DNA of 64,000 bases from Narcine bancroftii. Its lineage: Eukaryota. Both the position numbers and the translations under genes were made by a program. The DNA lies in NCBI RefSeq assembly GCF_036971445.1, contig NC_091473.1, positions 206,522,001-206,586,000 of the forward strand, written 5' to 3'. How positions within the stretch are numbered: the stretch's first letter is position 1; each line of letters starts with the position of its first letter. Of the stretch, positions 1 to 13,748 are shown in pieces. The notes beneath the pieces were generated by a model that searched no databases, was not told the DNA's origin, and was given only the letters and a program-made list of their open reading frames with translations.

Positions 1-1925
1 TTGATTCTGTTTGCAGTAAAATTAGTCTCTAGGTGAATCATTAGGCTTCAGTCCAGTTCAGCTGGTGTTTCGACATCAATTAGACCACCTTTATAATGAT
101 GTTGAAAGAACAATGGGTTAATGAGGATGTGCATTTAGGTTTATTGAAGAAAGTCTAGGAATTGGTGCAAGAGGATTTGATGTTGGCACAAGGAAAGATA
201 AAACCCAGGTATGATAGGAAAGCTGAAGTGAAGCATTTTTTAAAAAGCAAGATAAAGTGTTAATTATTTCCCAACAAACTCCAGTCCACTAAGGGCTAGA
301 TTTTCAGGACCGTATGAAATAGAATCAAAGAAAATGATTCGGTTATTTTGTTAAAACACCTGATCAGAGACACAAAAAATAAAACTGGCACTTGAATATG
401 TTGAAGCAAATATTTTGAGATTCCATGTGCTGGTAATGGACAAACTTCGCTCGAGGTACTGTTGACAAGATGAAAGAATTTATGAATCATGAGACAGTAC
501 AAGTTGGCTATTATTGGGTCATTTTAAACAAAATATTGTCCAGGTTCGACTGTATAATTCAACTTTTTGCTGAATAAGAATGATATGATAGATAATAGAA
601 ATCCCCGGGAAAAGGAGCAATTGAAACATATAATTTCAAAATTTGTTTCCAGGTGTGCCTGAAAGAACATCACATATTTGTCATGAAGGGGATGTGGGAG
701 AGGTGCATCCAATAAAACAACACCTCTGTCGAATAAACATTGGAAAATGCAAAGGTGAAATATATGTTGGGAAATTATATTATTGAACCTTAGAACTTAA
801 ATTGGAATTCTCCCTGTGTTCTGGTACCTAAAGCAAATGGAAACATTAGAACCTGTTCAAATTAAAGAAAGTTTAATTCAACACCCAAAACAGATGCTTA
901 TGCCATTCTTAGATTTGATAATTGTGTGATACAATTGGCAAATCTAAATTTATTACTAAGATTGATATGCTGAAACGTTACTGGTGCGTGCTACAACTGA
1001 AAAAGGAGAGGATCGTTCCACATTTGTGACACCCTCAGGATCATACGAATATAATGTGCTACCTTCTGGCATGAAAATTACCCCAGGGATATTTCAAAGG
1101 ATGTTAAAATATGTAATCCAAGTTTTAAAAAAATACATTTCTTAAACTGATCATTTGGTTACAATAAGGGAGAGATAGGAAGAACATTTGATGGAACTGG
1201 AGAAATTGTTTGCAAGATTACCTGTAGCAAAGTTAACTATCAATTTAGCTAAAGGCAAATTTGGACATGGTACTGTGACATAGTAAGGACAGGTAGTTGT
1301 TCAGAGAAAAGCTACGCCTATTCAAGCGAAAGTGCAGGTAATTTCTAAATTCCCATTTTGAATGGCAAGAAATAGTGAGAAGGTTGTTTTTGGGAAATGA
1401 CAGGATATGATGGAAAGTTTTTCAAGAATTTTGCGGACGTGACTCATTTAACAATTATTCTGAGGAAGTGGAGAAATTTGAGTGGAAAAATTTGTGTCGG
1501 AAAGCTTTAGAAAAATTAAAGGAGCTATCGTGTCATAACCCATTTTAAAATGATTTGGACAAACCGTATTCTTCAGCGTTGGATCCGAGTGAACTTGCTG
1601 AGGGAACAGTGTTATTCTAAAAGTGTGATTGTTATGGCATTGATTATCCAATGGCTTATGTTTCCACAAAATTCAATAAACATCCAAAAATTCATCTACC
1701 GTACAGAAAGAACTATTTCACTTGTTTTGTCGTTGCAGTACTTCGATGTTTATATCTCCACAGCCCAGGGACCAATTATTGTCTATTCTTAAGAAAGATG
1801 AAAAACAAAAACAAAATATCGAAGTTTATAAAACTGGAGTTTAATTCTGAAAGAATATAATTTAATGATAACGTACATTAAAGGCAAAGATAATGTAATA
1901 TCCGATTGCATTTTGCGATGATAAG
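1..1925 (+). mobile_element. Decayed Ty3/Gypsy pol, Gmr1-like domain order (integrase C-terminus, then RT, then RNase H)
   Basis: Broken frames give post-integrase YDRKAEV..F / ARFSGPYEI / HLNMLK (about 200-410). They then give RT PIKQH, WNSPCVLVPKANG, KTDAY, FITKIDMLKRYW (about 700-1250) and the RNase H end IKGKDNVISDC (about 1880-1915). There are many stops and frameshifts. A purine tract plus TG near 2082-2092 may start the 3' LTR. Confidence 0.75.
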
Positions 1926-2140
1926 ATTGCAATGTTTCACAACAAAAAGAAACTATTAGTTGTATATGTTTCTAAAAAGAATGTTATTTGTCTGTATTAT
2001 ATTACAAAACAATAATGAAGGTAATTAGTGTTGTAGATTGTACTTAATTCTTTTCTATTAAACCTCAAAATTTTCTTTGTTGGGGAGATGTGAGTTCCCG
2101 TTTTAGAAAAATGGGATTAACACTGTACGGGATAGTATGT

Positions 2141-4058
2141 GCATCCTCAACCGATGGACAGAACACTTCCAATCTCTTTTCAGTGCCAACCGCTCAGTCC
2201 AAGATTCCGCCCTGCTCCAGCTCCCTTAACAGCCCCTAAGGCTAGAGCTGGATGAGGTCCTCACCCTGGATGAGACATATAAGGCAATCGAACAACTGAA
2301 AAGTGGCAAAGCAGCAGGTATGGATGGAATCCCCCAGAGGTCTGGAAGGCTGGCGGCAAAACTCTGCATGCCAAACTGCATGAGTTTTTCAAGCTTTGTT
2401 GGGACCAAGGAAAACTGGCTCAGGATCTTCGTGATGCCACCATCATCACCCTGTACAAAAACAAAGGCGAGAAATCAGACTGCTCAAACTACAGGGGAAT
2501 CACGCTGCTCTCCATTGCAGGCAAAATCTTCGCTAGGATTCTACTAAATAGAATAATACCTAGTGTCGCCGAGAATATTCTCCCAGAATCACAGTGCGGC
2601 TTTCGCGCAAACAGAGGAACTACTGACATGGTCTTTGCCCTCAGACAGCTCCAAGAAAAGTGCAGAGAACAAAACAAAGGACTCTACATCACCTTTGTTG
2701 ACCTCACCAAAGCCTTCGACACCGTGAGCAGGAAAGGGCTTTGGCAAATACTAGAGCGCATCAGATGTCCCCCAAAGTTCCTCAACATGATTATCCAACT
2801 GCACGAAAACCAACAAGGTCGCGTCAGATACAGCAATGAGCTCTCTGAACCCTTCTCCATTAACAATGGCGTGAAGCAAGGCTGTGTTCTCGCACCAACA
2901 CTCTTTTCAATCTTCTTCAGCATGATGCTGAACCAAGCCATGAAAGACCCCAACAATGAAGACGCTGTTTACATCCGGTACCGCACGGATGGCAGTCTCT
3001 TCAATCTGAGGTGCCTGCAAGCTCACACCAAGACACAAGAGAAACTTGTCCGTGAACTACACTTTGCAGATGATGCCACTTTAGTTGCCCATTCAGAGCG
3101 AGCTCTTCAGCGCTTGACGTCCTGCTTTGCAGAAACTGCCAAAATGTTTGGCCTGGAAGTCAGCCTGAAGAAAACTGAGGTCCTCCATCAGCCAGCTCCC
3201 CACCATGACTACCAGCCCCCCACATCTCCATCGGGCACACAAAACTCAAAACGGTCAACCAGTTTACCTATCTCGGCTGCACCATTTCATCAGATGCAAG
3301 GATCGACAATGAGATAGACAACAGACTCGACAAGGCAAATAGCGCCTTTGGAAGACTACACAAAAGAGTCTGGTAAAACAACCAACTGAAAAACCTCACA
3401 AAGATAAGCGTATACAGAGCCGTTGTCATACCCACACTCCTGTTCGGCTCCGAATCATGGGTCCTCTACCGGCATCACCTACGGCTCCTAGAACGCTTCC
3501 ACCAGCGTTGTCTCCGCTCCATCCTCAACATCCATTGGAGTGCTTTCATCCCTAACGTCGAAGTACTCGAGATGGCAGAGGTCGACAGCATCGAGTCCAT
3601 GCTGCTGAAGATCCAGCTGCGCTGGGTGGGTCACGTCTCCAGAATGGAGGACCATCGCCTTCCCAAGATCGTGTTATATGGCGAGCTCTCCACTGGCCAC
3701 CGTGACAGAGGTGCACCAAAGAAAAGGTACAAGGACTGCCTAAAGAAATCTCTTGGTGCCTGCCACATTGACCACCGCCAGTGGGCTGATATCGCCTCAA
3801 ACCGTGCATCTTGGCGCCTCACAGTTTGGCGGGCAGCAACCTCCTTTGAAGAAGACCGCAGAGCCCACCTCACTGACAAAAGGCAACGGAGGAAAATCCC
3901 AACACCCAACCCCAACCAACCAATTTTCCCCTGCAGCCGCTGCAACCGTGTCTGCCTGTCCCGCATCGGACTTGTCAGCCACAAACGAGCCTGCAGCTGA
4001 CTTGGACTTTTACCCCCTCCATAAATCTTCGTCCGCGAAGCCAAGCCAAAGAAGAAGA
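2141..4058 (+). mobile_element. RTE-clade LINE, 5'-truncated (RT plus C-terminal zinc finger), frameshifted
   Basis: ORFs 2628-3317 and 3572-4000 contain FVDLTKAFD, GVKQGCVLAP, FADD and CSRCNRVCLSRIGLVSHKRAC. There is a (GAA)n tail at about 4049-4058, a frameshift in a C run near 3215 and a stop near 3374. Confidence 0.93.
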
Positions 4059-4502
4059 ATGTCTTGACCAAGTAGGAAAAATAAAAATATGCGAGGAAGT
4101 GCCGCAGAAGAGATGATCAGGCATGCAGCTGATGGGACATGATTAATTAATGTTATTTTTAAATGTCTACATACAGCAGAGTAACTGGTACCTCTGCTCA
4201 GATACACCGAATGGACTATAAACCACATACTTTTTAAAGAATGGAAGAAGTTCCCAAAGGATCGGGCCCCGTGAATACATAGACATTGTATTATCCACCT
4301 GAACTATTTAAAAACGGATTCAGCGTTTTTGCAGGAAACTCACCTTCGCAATAAAGACTATTTAATCCTACGAGGTCCACGGTTAACATACGTTTTCCAT
4401 GCTAATTTCAGCTCTAAATCATGAAGGGTGGCTACCTTAATAAATAAAAAAGACATTCAATTTGTACCATCCAATGTGATAGCAGACATAAAATGGTACC
4501 TA

Positions 4503-5156
4503 TGTGTTGGCACACATTGCGATCACCCCGACTCAACGATGTTCTACCATGTCGCCAGCATCCTAGACCTGGAAGACTGCAGCCACAGTGGATGTCCTGA
4601 TTCAGGACACCCTCCCACCTCCCCCCCCCCCACCCCACGGTGGAGAGTAAATATCCGGCGCGGCCTGCATGCAGCTCCCTTCCAATGACCTTACGAAGGC
4701 CCGTACAGGGTTCTACGAAACTCGGGCAAGACCTCATGCTGGACATTAGAGGTTTTGGAGGTAAAGAGGAGCTATTCACGGCGGACAGGCTAAAGGGAGC
4801 ACATCTCGACCTCAGCCAACGTAAGCACAGCACAGGTTAAAATGCGAGGGTGATCATTAAAGGCAACAAGACACTAGAGCCGGTTCTGGAGGGGGGTGAG
4901 GCAGCGCTCAATGCGATTCAGGCGAATCGGCTCCGCGTGTAACTTCTGCTGCAGCAGACAGCGCGTCAAGATGGTGCCTCAGGATTTGGGCTGATCGTGG
5001 CCCTGGGCTGCGTCATCACGTCACAGCCGACGCGGGGGCGGGACTTTCGGCCGCCTGTTAAAGCGCAGCACGGGTTTTTGAATAAACAGTTGAAAACGAA
5101 ACCAACTTTCTGCCGTGGGTTTCTGTCCACATTCTTTGAGAGTCGCTTCTGCTACA
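4503..5156 (+). mobile_element. Solo LTR-like insertion
   Basis: GC-richer block with TG...GCTACA termini and AATAAA near 5081. It splits a contiguous L1 endonuclease reading frame. Confidence 0.5.
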
Positions 5157-7241
5157 GATATATAATAGTGGCAAGCAAATAGGTGTTAATCTTCAATATT
5201 CAGGCACCCATCTTTTTTTAACACGTTGTTGAGAATCTTCCTTCGATTTATACCTACATGGTAACATTTTGCAAGAATTTAAATTAAATTATCGGTTCTT
5301 GACCGCAGCACTTTCTGATTACATTAGGTTTGTCGTTTTATAATTTTACGTTACCCAATGAACGAATTGACTCTTGGAGATTTCGAAATCCCTCAACTAA
5401 AAGCATTTCCTTCTTTTCCAAGATTTACAATTCATACTTAGGATATCTTATTTATTTTTCAAAAGTTCTCCCAATCCATGTGTATGTTTCGCGATTACTC
5501 CAGTTTTTTTTTAATCTTTGATGATGGACCACGATTTTTAGACTTTGAACCAAATAATCCCTCCGCATTTGATTCTTAATTCTTTTCTCCTGGTGCACGA
5601 ACAAAATTGTGCGCATATATGAGACTGTATCAATTATTTCTCTCTTTTAATCAAAAAATATCCAACCTTGGGTCACAATGTTTACTTGAGAGGTCAAATA
5701 ATTTTTAAGTCGACGACATTAAATAAAAAATACACTGCCTGTATAATTTAATAACTGACATCCGCTATTCGTAAAATGCTCCAACACTACGCAATTTGTT
5801 CATCCCCAAAATTATATTACCCATGTCTTGATTTACAAGTGCAATTTGATTATAGATCAACAACGCGGGCTGCGTAGTTACTAATGCAATCTCCAGCTTC
5901 ACAGAATGAACTCGGAGAATAGTCACGCCGCTTATTCGGTCACCAATAGAAACGCTAGACAGAATCAAGGCTGATAATCCAGAATAGATACTCCCTAATG
6001 AAGTTACATCTGGTATTATGGATATCAATACTGCCTTTGGATCATTCTGCTGGTCACTCCACAAACATGATCAAGCCACTAAAATATGCTAGTTCATTAA
6101 CAATCTTACAAACACGGTCATTGACGCCAACAGGGTTAAGGACCTGGATGCCTCACTCACTTCGGAAAAAGTGCACTCCCGAAAACAATCAATGAAGTTC
6201 CATTGATCTGCTGAATTAGACAGACTCCGAATAATGTTTTATAAAACGTTTAATGATGAATTATGTCCATTACTGTTATTAGCAGTGTTTAATGCAGCAC
6301 TGGTGAGAAGAGTTTCACCTGTTACTTTAACCCAAGCATCTATACCTTTCACTCCTGAAGAAGGATAAGAATCCCACGTACCACAATATTTACTCTAAAT
6401 TCTAGGCTAAATCTCTGGAAGTTGTAATTTCGCGAGATGCTGAAAAATCCTTTTGATAGGAAAATTTGAAAATTCTTTATGCAATATCACGTAAATTTGG
6501 ATTTGGTTATGCTTGTCTCCTGGATTCGCATTCTATACCCGTCGCTCTCGCATGTGTCCACCAAAACAATACGAAATTGGATTACTTTGAGTTTGAACGC
6601 GGTACCCGACAAGGATGTTCCCTATGTCCTCTTATTTATATCGTCACAATCGAATAACCATAAATTATGTTACAGTATTACCCTACCTTTAAGGGGATTG
6701 CCTGAAATCTACTTGAAAAGAACATTTCACTATATGCTGATAAGTTGATGCTCTTTGCGATAGACACGCAGAGAATCATTCTCTCCATTCTATATATTCT
6801 AATGAAGTTTGGATTTCTTCAGGTTATATATTGAATCTTATTAAGAGTGAATTTTTACCCTGTGAACCGGACGGTTCTGAAACTTAAACAATCAAAGCCA
6901 CCTTTTCAGTTTTAGTTGATCAGGTTTCAAGAACCCCGTGGTAAACATCATGCTCGCAGTCTCAATGACGAAACTCATTGACCAAGTGAAATATGTTTCT
7001 CAGAGATAGTGAAATTTACATCTATCACTAATTGGCAGTATAAACATATTCAAGTGCATGTATTGCCATATTGTATTTGTTTCAAACTATTCCTTTATTT
7101 CTTCCAAAACATTATTAATCTTGCTGGATAAAATACGTTTTATTTGGAATGGCAAACTTCAAGGCTCATAATGTATTATTGCAAAACTGCAAGTTTAGTG
7201 GAGGATTCGTTATTCCTAATTTCCAATTTTACTACTGGGCA

Positions 7242-7467
7242 GCATATATACAATAGCTAAATCACTAGTGAACACTTCTGCTGTAAATTGGAAGAGTAAT
7301 TTTGTAAATCCTCGGCTTTAGTGGCCATGGCATACTTTTCATTCCCCACAAAACGCATATATACAATAGTTAAATCACTGGTGAACTCTTCTGCTGTAAA
7401 TTGGAAGAGTAATTTTGTAAATCCTCGGCTTTAGTGGCCATGGCATACTTTTCATTCCCCACAAAAC
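7242..7467 (+). repeat. Tandem duplication, 2 x 113 bp
   Basis: gcatatatacaatag...cattccccacaaaac occurs at 7242-7354 and 7355-7467 with about 3 substitutions. Confidence 0.92.
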
Positions 7468-8519
7468 GCTTGAGTAACAGTGAGAACCCAGTGATATTCT
7501 AAACATTAAAAATCCCGGTAAGAGGTGCGACCTCACTTTAAGTTGCAATAGGCTTTAGCTCAGCGTCCCATAATTATAAATCACTTATTTCACCTTCAGA
7601 CGCAGATAAATACATAGGAAACTAAAGTTAACTTCAAAATCTTTATGTGGAAGGTGTGTTGAGCAGCTTCACGCCTCTGTCACACACATTTGGCATCACA
7701 CCTATGTTGATATTTTCGGATTTGACTATTTATTCGGTCTTTCCAAAACTTGCGTCAGTTTCCTGAAAGTCAACGCTAATCCACGAATGAGAGGGAGAAT
7801 TTAAAAATATTAAGGCTCTAGAAGTCATTCACTGTACAAAATAAAGACAGGATATGAGCACGAATTCGAAATGGAAATGGAGGAGAAACTGTGAGAAGAA
7901 GGTATTGAGACAGTTCGGCAATCTATCCTAAAATAGAGGACAATGAATTCTGTGTAATGTAGATACTTGACATGTACATCACGTGTTTATATCAATTCTC
8001 CAAACATCAGCGGCTCTGGAGCGGAGTGTTGAGCAGTTATACGAAATGTTTGAAGTCAAGTTGAAACCCTCACATATTTCCAAAATCTTGCAGCACCCAA
8101 AATGCACAGTAGAATGATGTAACCATATTTACATCCCTATCCATCAAGCGCCTAAATTTGTCCCAGTTAAACTCTGATTGAGGTTCCACTACGACACAAT
8201 AAATTAGGGTATTAGTTAATGTGTTAAAATGGAGAAAATCAAATACAAATTACAAGACTCCAATTCAAATTTTGTATATTAATGGTAATCCTTCATTTAT
8301 CTGAATTACGGGTGTTTTCGGAGCAAATTACTCCGGTTTTCTTTTAATGTTAGTAATTTATAGCATGTGGCAAATCGTATAGGTGAGAGGTTTGAGTATT
8401 TCTCTTCTACTATTTGGTTATTTCCTTTTTTTTTATATTATTAGAGTTTTTTGTTCCAGAAAATGTATATACTATTAAGAATATCAACTCTGTTTCTCAG
8501 TCTCTTGGTTCTGGCTCTG

Positions 8520-9260
8520 ATATTCATGTATATGTTTTCCGACAGCAGTAGCTGAAGTATCCTGTGTCATTGTTGGTAGGGGTCCCTGATTTTGTGCGCC
8601 CTTTTTAGATAACGAACCGAGTTAATTCAATCAAGGTTTGGGTGGTAAGGAAACCCCAGTGATCATCTCTTCACTTTTATGGTTCTTTGGACTGACCTCC
8701 CATCTGATGCTCCACAACAAACGAAACTTACTGTGATGCAGGCAGCTAGCATATCATTGATATAGATACTGCAGAAAGTTTAGAGAGTTATGGCCGGTGT
8801 CCTTGATCACCTCGGTTATCTCAGGAAATGCAGTTTTTATTGCCCCTTTCTGAGAAGTGAGGAGATGTTGTGTGTACATGATATATTGATTTTTACGTTG
8901 GGTTCGAGGAATTCCTGCTCTTTTCTCTCTCGACTACCGAGATATTAATGTGTAATGAACGGTGGTCATCTCTGGACCTTCTGAAGTCCACAATCATTGC
9001 CATAATCTTGCCTATGTTAAGACTTAAGTTGTTATTCTCGTGGAATTTCACAGGATTTTCCACCTCTTGTCTGTAGTGCGACTCATCGTTGTTGTTGATG
9101 AGGCCAAATACTCTTGCATCATCTACAAGTTTGATGAATCTGTTGAAGCTGATAAAACGATTCAATTGTGTGTCAGTAATGTGAACAAGAGCAGAGTGAG
9201 CATTGAACTATGATGTGCAACACTGCTCAGCGTGACGGTGTTCAACTTTCTGTTGACACA
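8520..9260 (-). mobile_element. Rex1/Babar LINE RT fragment
   Basis: ORF 8893-9165 IKLVDDARVFGLINNNDESHYRQEVE..NLSLNIGK..MIVDFRR resembles the Rex1 RT C-terminal region. Confidence 0.75.
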
Positions 9261-9860
9261 TTTTTTTATATCCAATATCATAAAGTACCTTCCAATAACA
9301 CTGACAACAGACATTCTTTCAAAAAAGGTTACCTCCTGAAAAATAATTGGGGATTATGATAGAAAACGTCAATCTGAACACAAAGGCTGCATCACGGAGG
9401 ATATTGAGGAATCACTAAATTAACTTTTACAAAATTACAGTGTTTAATTGCATAACGATAATGACATTTGCATTAGTTAATCTCTGATAAAATATTTTGC
9501 CATTGTTATTCGTTTGAACTCCGCATCTCTTCTCTTTTTTGAAAATTTTATTTATTAATCATAATAAATCACACTAAAATACAAACACATACATGGTATT
9601 TTACCCCATAGAACACCCCCACCCCGCAGCCCTAACCTATCCAACCCTCCTAAATTGTACGATTGTTCCGTAGCACACGGAATGGGCACCCATACAGTCT
9701 CTGTTAGGATGGCCCATGTGCACCTCTACGCACAAACACAAACTCATGATCCCTGTGTTTCTTTGGGATGAAGGGTGACATTGTTCCATACCTTGATGTG
9801 GGAACTGGAGCCAATGTTCCAAGCCACTCCCGTAGTATACCTAAGACTTCAGTCGGTGGA

Positions 9861-10714
9861 GTTACGGAGTCAATAGGACCCCAAAAACCTGCAGAAATAG
9901 GTATGCACCACAACACAGGGTTACTTAAACGAAAGTAGTTTTTAATTATATTTGAACAAGAAAAAATAATTAAACTTTAATTTATTACTATCAACTTACT
10001 TAACCTACCTAACCTAATTAAGCCACCATCTAATACTAAGTGCAGGTGTGTGCAATATATATTTACGATTAGAAAAGTTCTTTGGATCACAGTCCAATTG
10101 CACTGGTTGCAGGCAATTCTTATACTGTGCACAAAAGTTAGCATTAACAAAGTTCACCAGTCTTTGGTGCTTAACAGGCAAATGGTTACCTTCAGGGGGG
10201 TTCTTGCTGGTTTTCAGAGAGAGATTCCTTCTGTTCCAGGACATTCACACCTGATTCCTTCTGAATCAGTCTTGCTGTCGAAACCTGCCCCCCTTCAGGG
10301 TTCTCCACATTATTCTCATTCTTTCAGGTCACCTTCATACCGCTAGTCTTCTCCTTCGACCAGGCAGCCTTCCAAAGTTTGCCAACTTGTCCCTTTGGAA
10401 CTGATTTCTGTGACTCATTCTCTCTCTCTCTTTCATACTCTCCCTCTCCGAGAGAAAGGAAAACTGTTCTGGCTTGCCTGTAAAGAGCACATGTTCTCCC
10501 AGGCAAGCTGATGAATGTTGCTACTTTGTTGCTCCTCTGTACGAAGCATTCTGCAACAGTCCTGCAAATATTATGTATTTTAAAACACTTGTGCGCAGGC
10601 TGCTTTAGCAATTCCTCCCAAACCACTTCTAAATACTCTGTTACAGTGGCACTCCCTGTCCTCGTGCTGCTGGGACAAATTCCCCAGGTAAAATGAGCGG
10701 GGCTCTATAGAACA
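9861..10714 (-). mobile_element. Solo LTR (same family as about 48040-49036)
   Basis: The minus strand begins TGTT and ends ..ctccgtaac. It shares blocks with 48600-49036; both copies yield the spurious frame F(C/Y)AQYKNCL..LDC..KN(F/L)S. Confidence 0.65.
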
Positions 10715-10759
10715 ACTCTGTTGATGGCTGCCATTCTTATTGTAGGAATATCCAGGGCA

Positions 10760-13748
10760 GCTCATCCGCCCAATCAGGTCCCTGGAGGAAGGACATCAGT
10801 GCACTCTTCGTGTGAAATTGAACCACTCCAGCAGGCCATTCGACTGTGGGTGGAAGGCTGACTTCTCACAAAATGTGGAGGTAAAACCTGTGTCTCTGTT
10901 GGATGTAATGTGAGGTCGACCAAACGGAAATTCCCAAGCAGAAATGAAATCACTGGCGCATGACAGCATCGATGAGTCCATCATAGATACCGCCTCCAGC
11001 CACATATTAAATCTGCGATGACCGTTAATAAATAGCTCGACCCTCATGACAGTGGAAGCGAACTGACTATGGTGATATGGACGTGTTCGTATCTGCGCTG
11101 CAGGAGTTGTAAAAGCTGAAGCAGTGACTTCACGTGCCTTTGCACCTTTGTAGATTGGCAGTCCTTGCCCTTCTTTGCCCAGTACGTGACCTGCGTTTTG
11201 AGTCAATGCCATACAAATTGGTTGGCTATAAGGCAGACCGTCGCTAGAATTGTGGGGTGGGACATTCTGTGAATGGCATAGATAATGCAATGTCTCTATG
11301 CAGCAGGGACTATAGGGCGAGGCCGACCTGTGAAAATGTAGCACAGGAGAATGTTTCCTCGTGGTCCTAATGGTAATTCCTCGCGTTGCGACTCGTGTTA
11401 GCAATTTTGTAAGCTGGGAGTTTGTCCTAATGTAGTCTACACCCGGAGAGAGGGCACGCATCATATCAAGGGTGTAGCTGGACAGGGCTTCAGCCACATT
11501 ACACTTTCGGGAGATATGTTTAATCCTGCGTTAAAATTCAATACGTAAGATAGGTGGCATTGATGACAGGGATTCCAAGGATCTGATGCCTTCACGAAGG
11601 CAACCTTTAGCAGTTTGTGTTCAGTGAAGACCGTGAAATCATTGCCTTCCACAAAATAAATGACCACGAGGTACATCGCCAGTAGTTTCCTATTAAATAT
11701 GCTGTATTTCGTTTCCAGAGGGCGGAGGGGCCTAATGAAATTCGCTATAGACTTACATTGTCCTTTGATGTACTCCATCTACTGCCACATCGGATGTGTC
11801 AATCGTCAAGGTGGTTGGTGAATCCATTTGTGGTTGGACCCATAATATTGCCTTAACTACGGTGTATTTTGTCTGCTAGAATGTTTCCATTATCTCTTTT
11901 GTTACTTCGAGTTCTTTTGTATCGTTAGGTATTCGAACAGATATTTCATAATGTGAGCTGCAGAGGGTAGAAAGAAACAATGGAAATTGACTGTCCCAAT
12001 AAATTTATGGAGTCCATTGATGCTATCGGGCCACGAGAATTTACAGATGGCTTCCACCTTGCTATACAATAGAACGACACCCCAACTACTGTTCTGATGT
12101 CCAAAGAAGTCTATAGAAGACTGTCCGAATTTGAACTGGCAGGATTCACAGTTAGCCCAAACTCCTGATGATGGTGGCAGAGAAAATGCAGAAACTGCAG
12201 GTGCTCTTTGTGGGAGTGGCTGGCGTCGAGAATGTCGTCTACGTATACGCAAAGGAAGTCCAGGCCACGCCCCACTGCGCCCAGGAATCGCTGGAATATT
12301 TGTGTAGCATTTTATAGCTCATAAGGCATTCTCATAAATTCGAAGAAGCCGAATGGTGTTATAATGGCGGTCTTGGGCACATACTCCGGGTTACAGGTAT
12401 TTAGTAGTACCCAAGATCCAAGTCAATTAAAAGAAATATCCTGGCCCCATGAAAATTAGCTGTAAAATCCTGTATATGTGGCACAATTTAGCGGTCTGGA
12501 GTGGTAATCTCCGCAGGTTCTCCAACCTTCCATGGCTTTGGGCACGATATGTAGTGGAAAGCACATGGGCTAAAATACCTGCGTGTGATTCTCCATTTGT
12601 TAAACTCTTGTTTTGCAAACACCAACTTGTCAGTGGGCAGGCATCGGGCTCGAGCGTGCACCAAGCCGTGCTCTTTTAAGTCCACCATCAGTGAGTGGGC
12701 TCTCAGGAAATTGGCACACACTAATGGCTGGGATACAGCAGCAAAAATGAATTTCCATGTGAACTTATTGTCGCTGAATTTCAGACGTACAGTTCATGTG
12801 CCATGCATCCGAATTGAACTGTTATTCGCTTTTCTAAATGCTGGACCCATTCTTCTGGTACGGTTATAAGTACTTGAAATAGGAAGTGAACCATCCACTT
12901 CACCCATGTTGACTAGAAATGTGAACTGCGAGAGTTCATCCCAGATGGAGGCCATCCTCCATAGACATTGTCGTGGAGTCATACTTCTCCAGGAGAATGT
13001 GCGCTCTCTTTGCTGGTATTTGTGGAGCCTAGGCCTTTGGGTGTGGCACAGTCCTAATTACTGCGTGTCTTGTATCTTGCTGTTTCACATACCACGGATT
13101 GTCTACACGGGCAGCCACTGTTCGAGGGTTATGAAACTCCTCATCAGCCAACACAAGGTCGATGTATTCCGGAATACATTTGTTCTAAGAGCAACCAAGG
13201 CCAATGACCCTCTGCCAGTGGTAACATGTTGTTCATTTAAAAAGGGCGCATAATGGGAGACCATAATTTCAGTGAAAGAGGGATATCTGGGGTTCATAAT
13301 TTGCGAGAGTTTCTTGGTCCCAAAGGAGATCCACTACTCAACCAGTCACGTCTTGGTCGACGATGCATACCACAGGATAGTACTTAGTAGCATCCACTTG
13401 CATCTTGCGCATGTGGCACTGTGCCTCAGCCTGCCCGAATAAAACTTCTGGTTGAGTGGTCCAAAAGACAGCCAATTTGAGCAAAACCGCTCTATTGTCC
13501 ATGTTGGGTCCAAAATCAGTTGGGCCAATCGGGGTCAACAAGGTAGCAATGGTGTCCGCGTGTGAAATGAAGAACGAGAAAATGATTAGAGGTATGTGGC
13601 TGAAGTTCAGTAAAAGCCAGTTACTCAAAGGTTCCGCAAAGCTTTTAAAAACCCAGCACGTTACAAATGACATCATAGCATTATAACATCATAACATTAG
13701 TAGGAATCCCCATAGCCAGTTTGATTAAGCACCTGGTGAGCCGCTACA
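10760..13748 (-). mobile_element. Decayed Ty3/Gypsy LTR retrotransposon: 5' LTR (about 13543-13748), gag, pol
   Basis: Gag LKLAVFWTTQPEVLFGQAEAQ, RT fragments, RNase H KYSIFNRKLLAMY..FTVFTEHKLL, and integrase ITSNRDTGFTS..FHPQSNGLLEWF. The LTR starts TGTAGC and is followed by PBS-like tgttgaccccga (degenerate tRNA-Trp complement). No 3' LTR is visible. Confidence 0.85.

Larger units (their letters stand above)
4270..8480 (+). mobile_element. Highly decayed L1-clade LINE ORF2 (EN-RT), interrupted by an LTR-like insert
   Basis: EN motifs VFHANFSSK..GVATLINKK..VIAD resume after 5157 as YIIVASK..NIQAP. RT motif ERGTRQGCSLCPL occurs near 6595 and IPNFQFYYWAA near 7215. The 3' end is T-rich. Confidence 0.7.

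Noticed and set aside
3552-4071. Overlapping antisense and alternate-frame ORFs on RTE copies (also 61273-61897, 62779-63277)
   Set aside because: Shadow frames of the RTE 3' end that recur only because the copies are near-identical.
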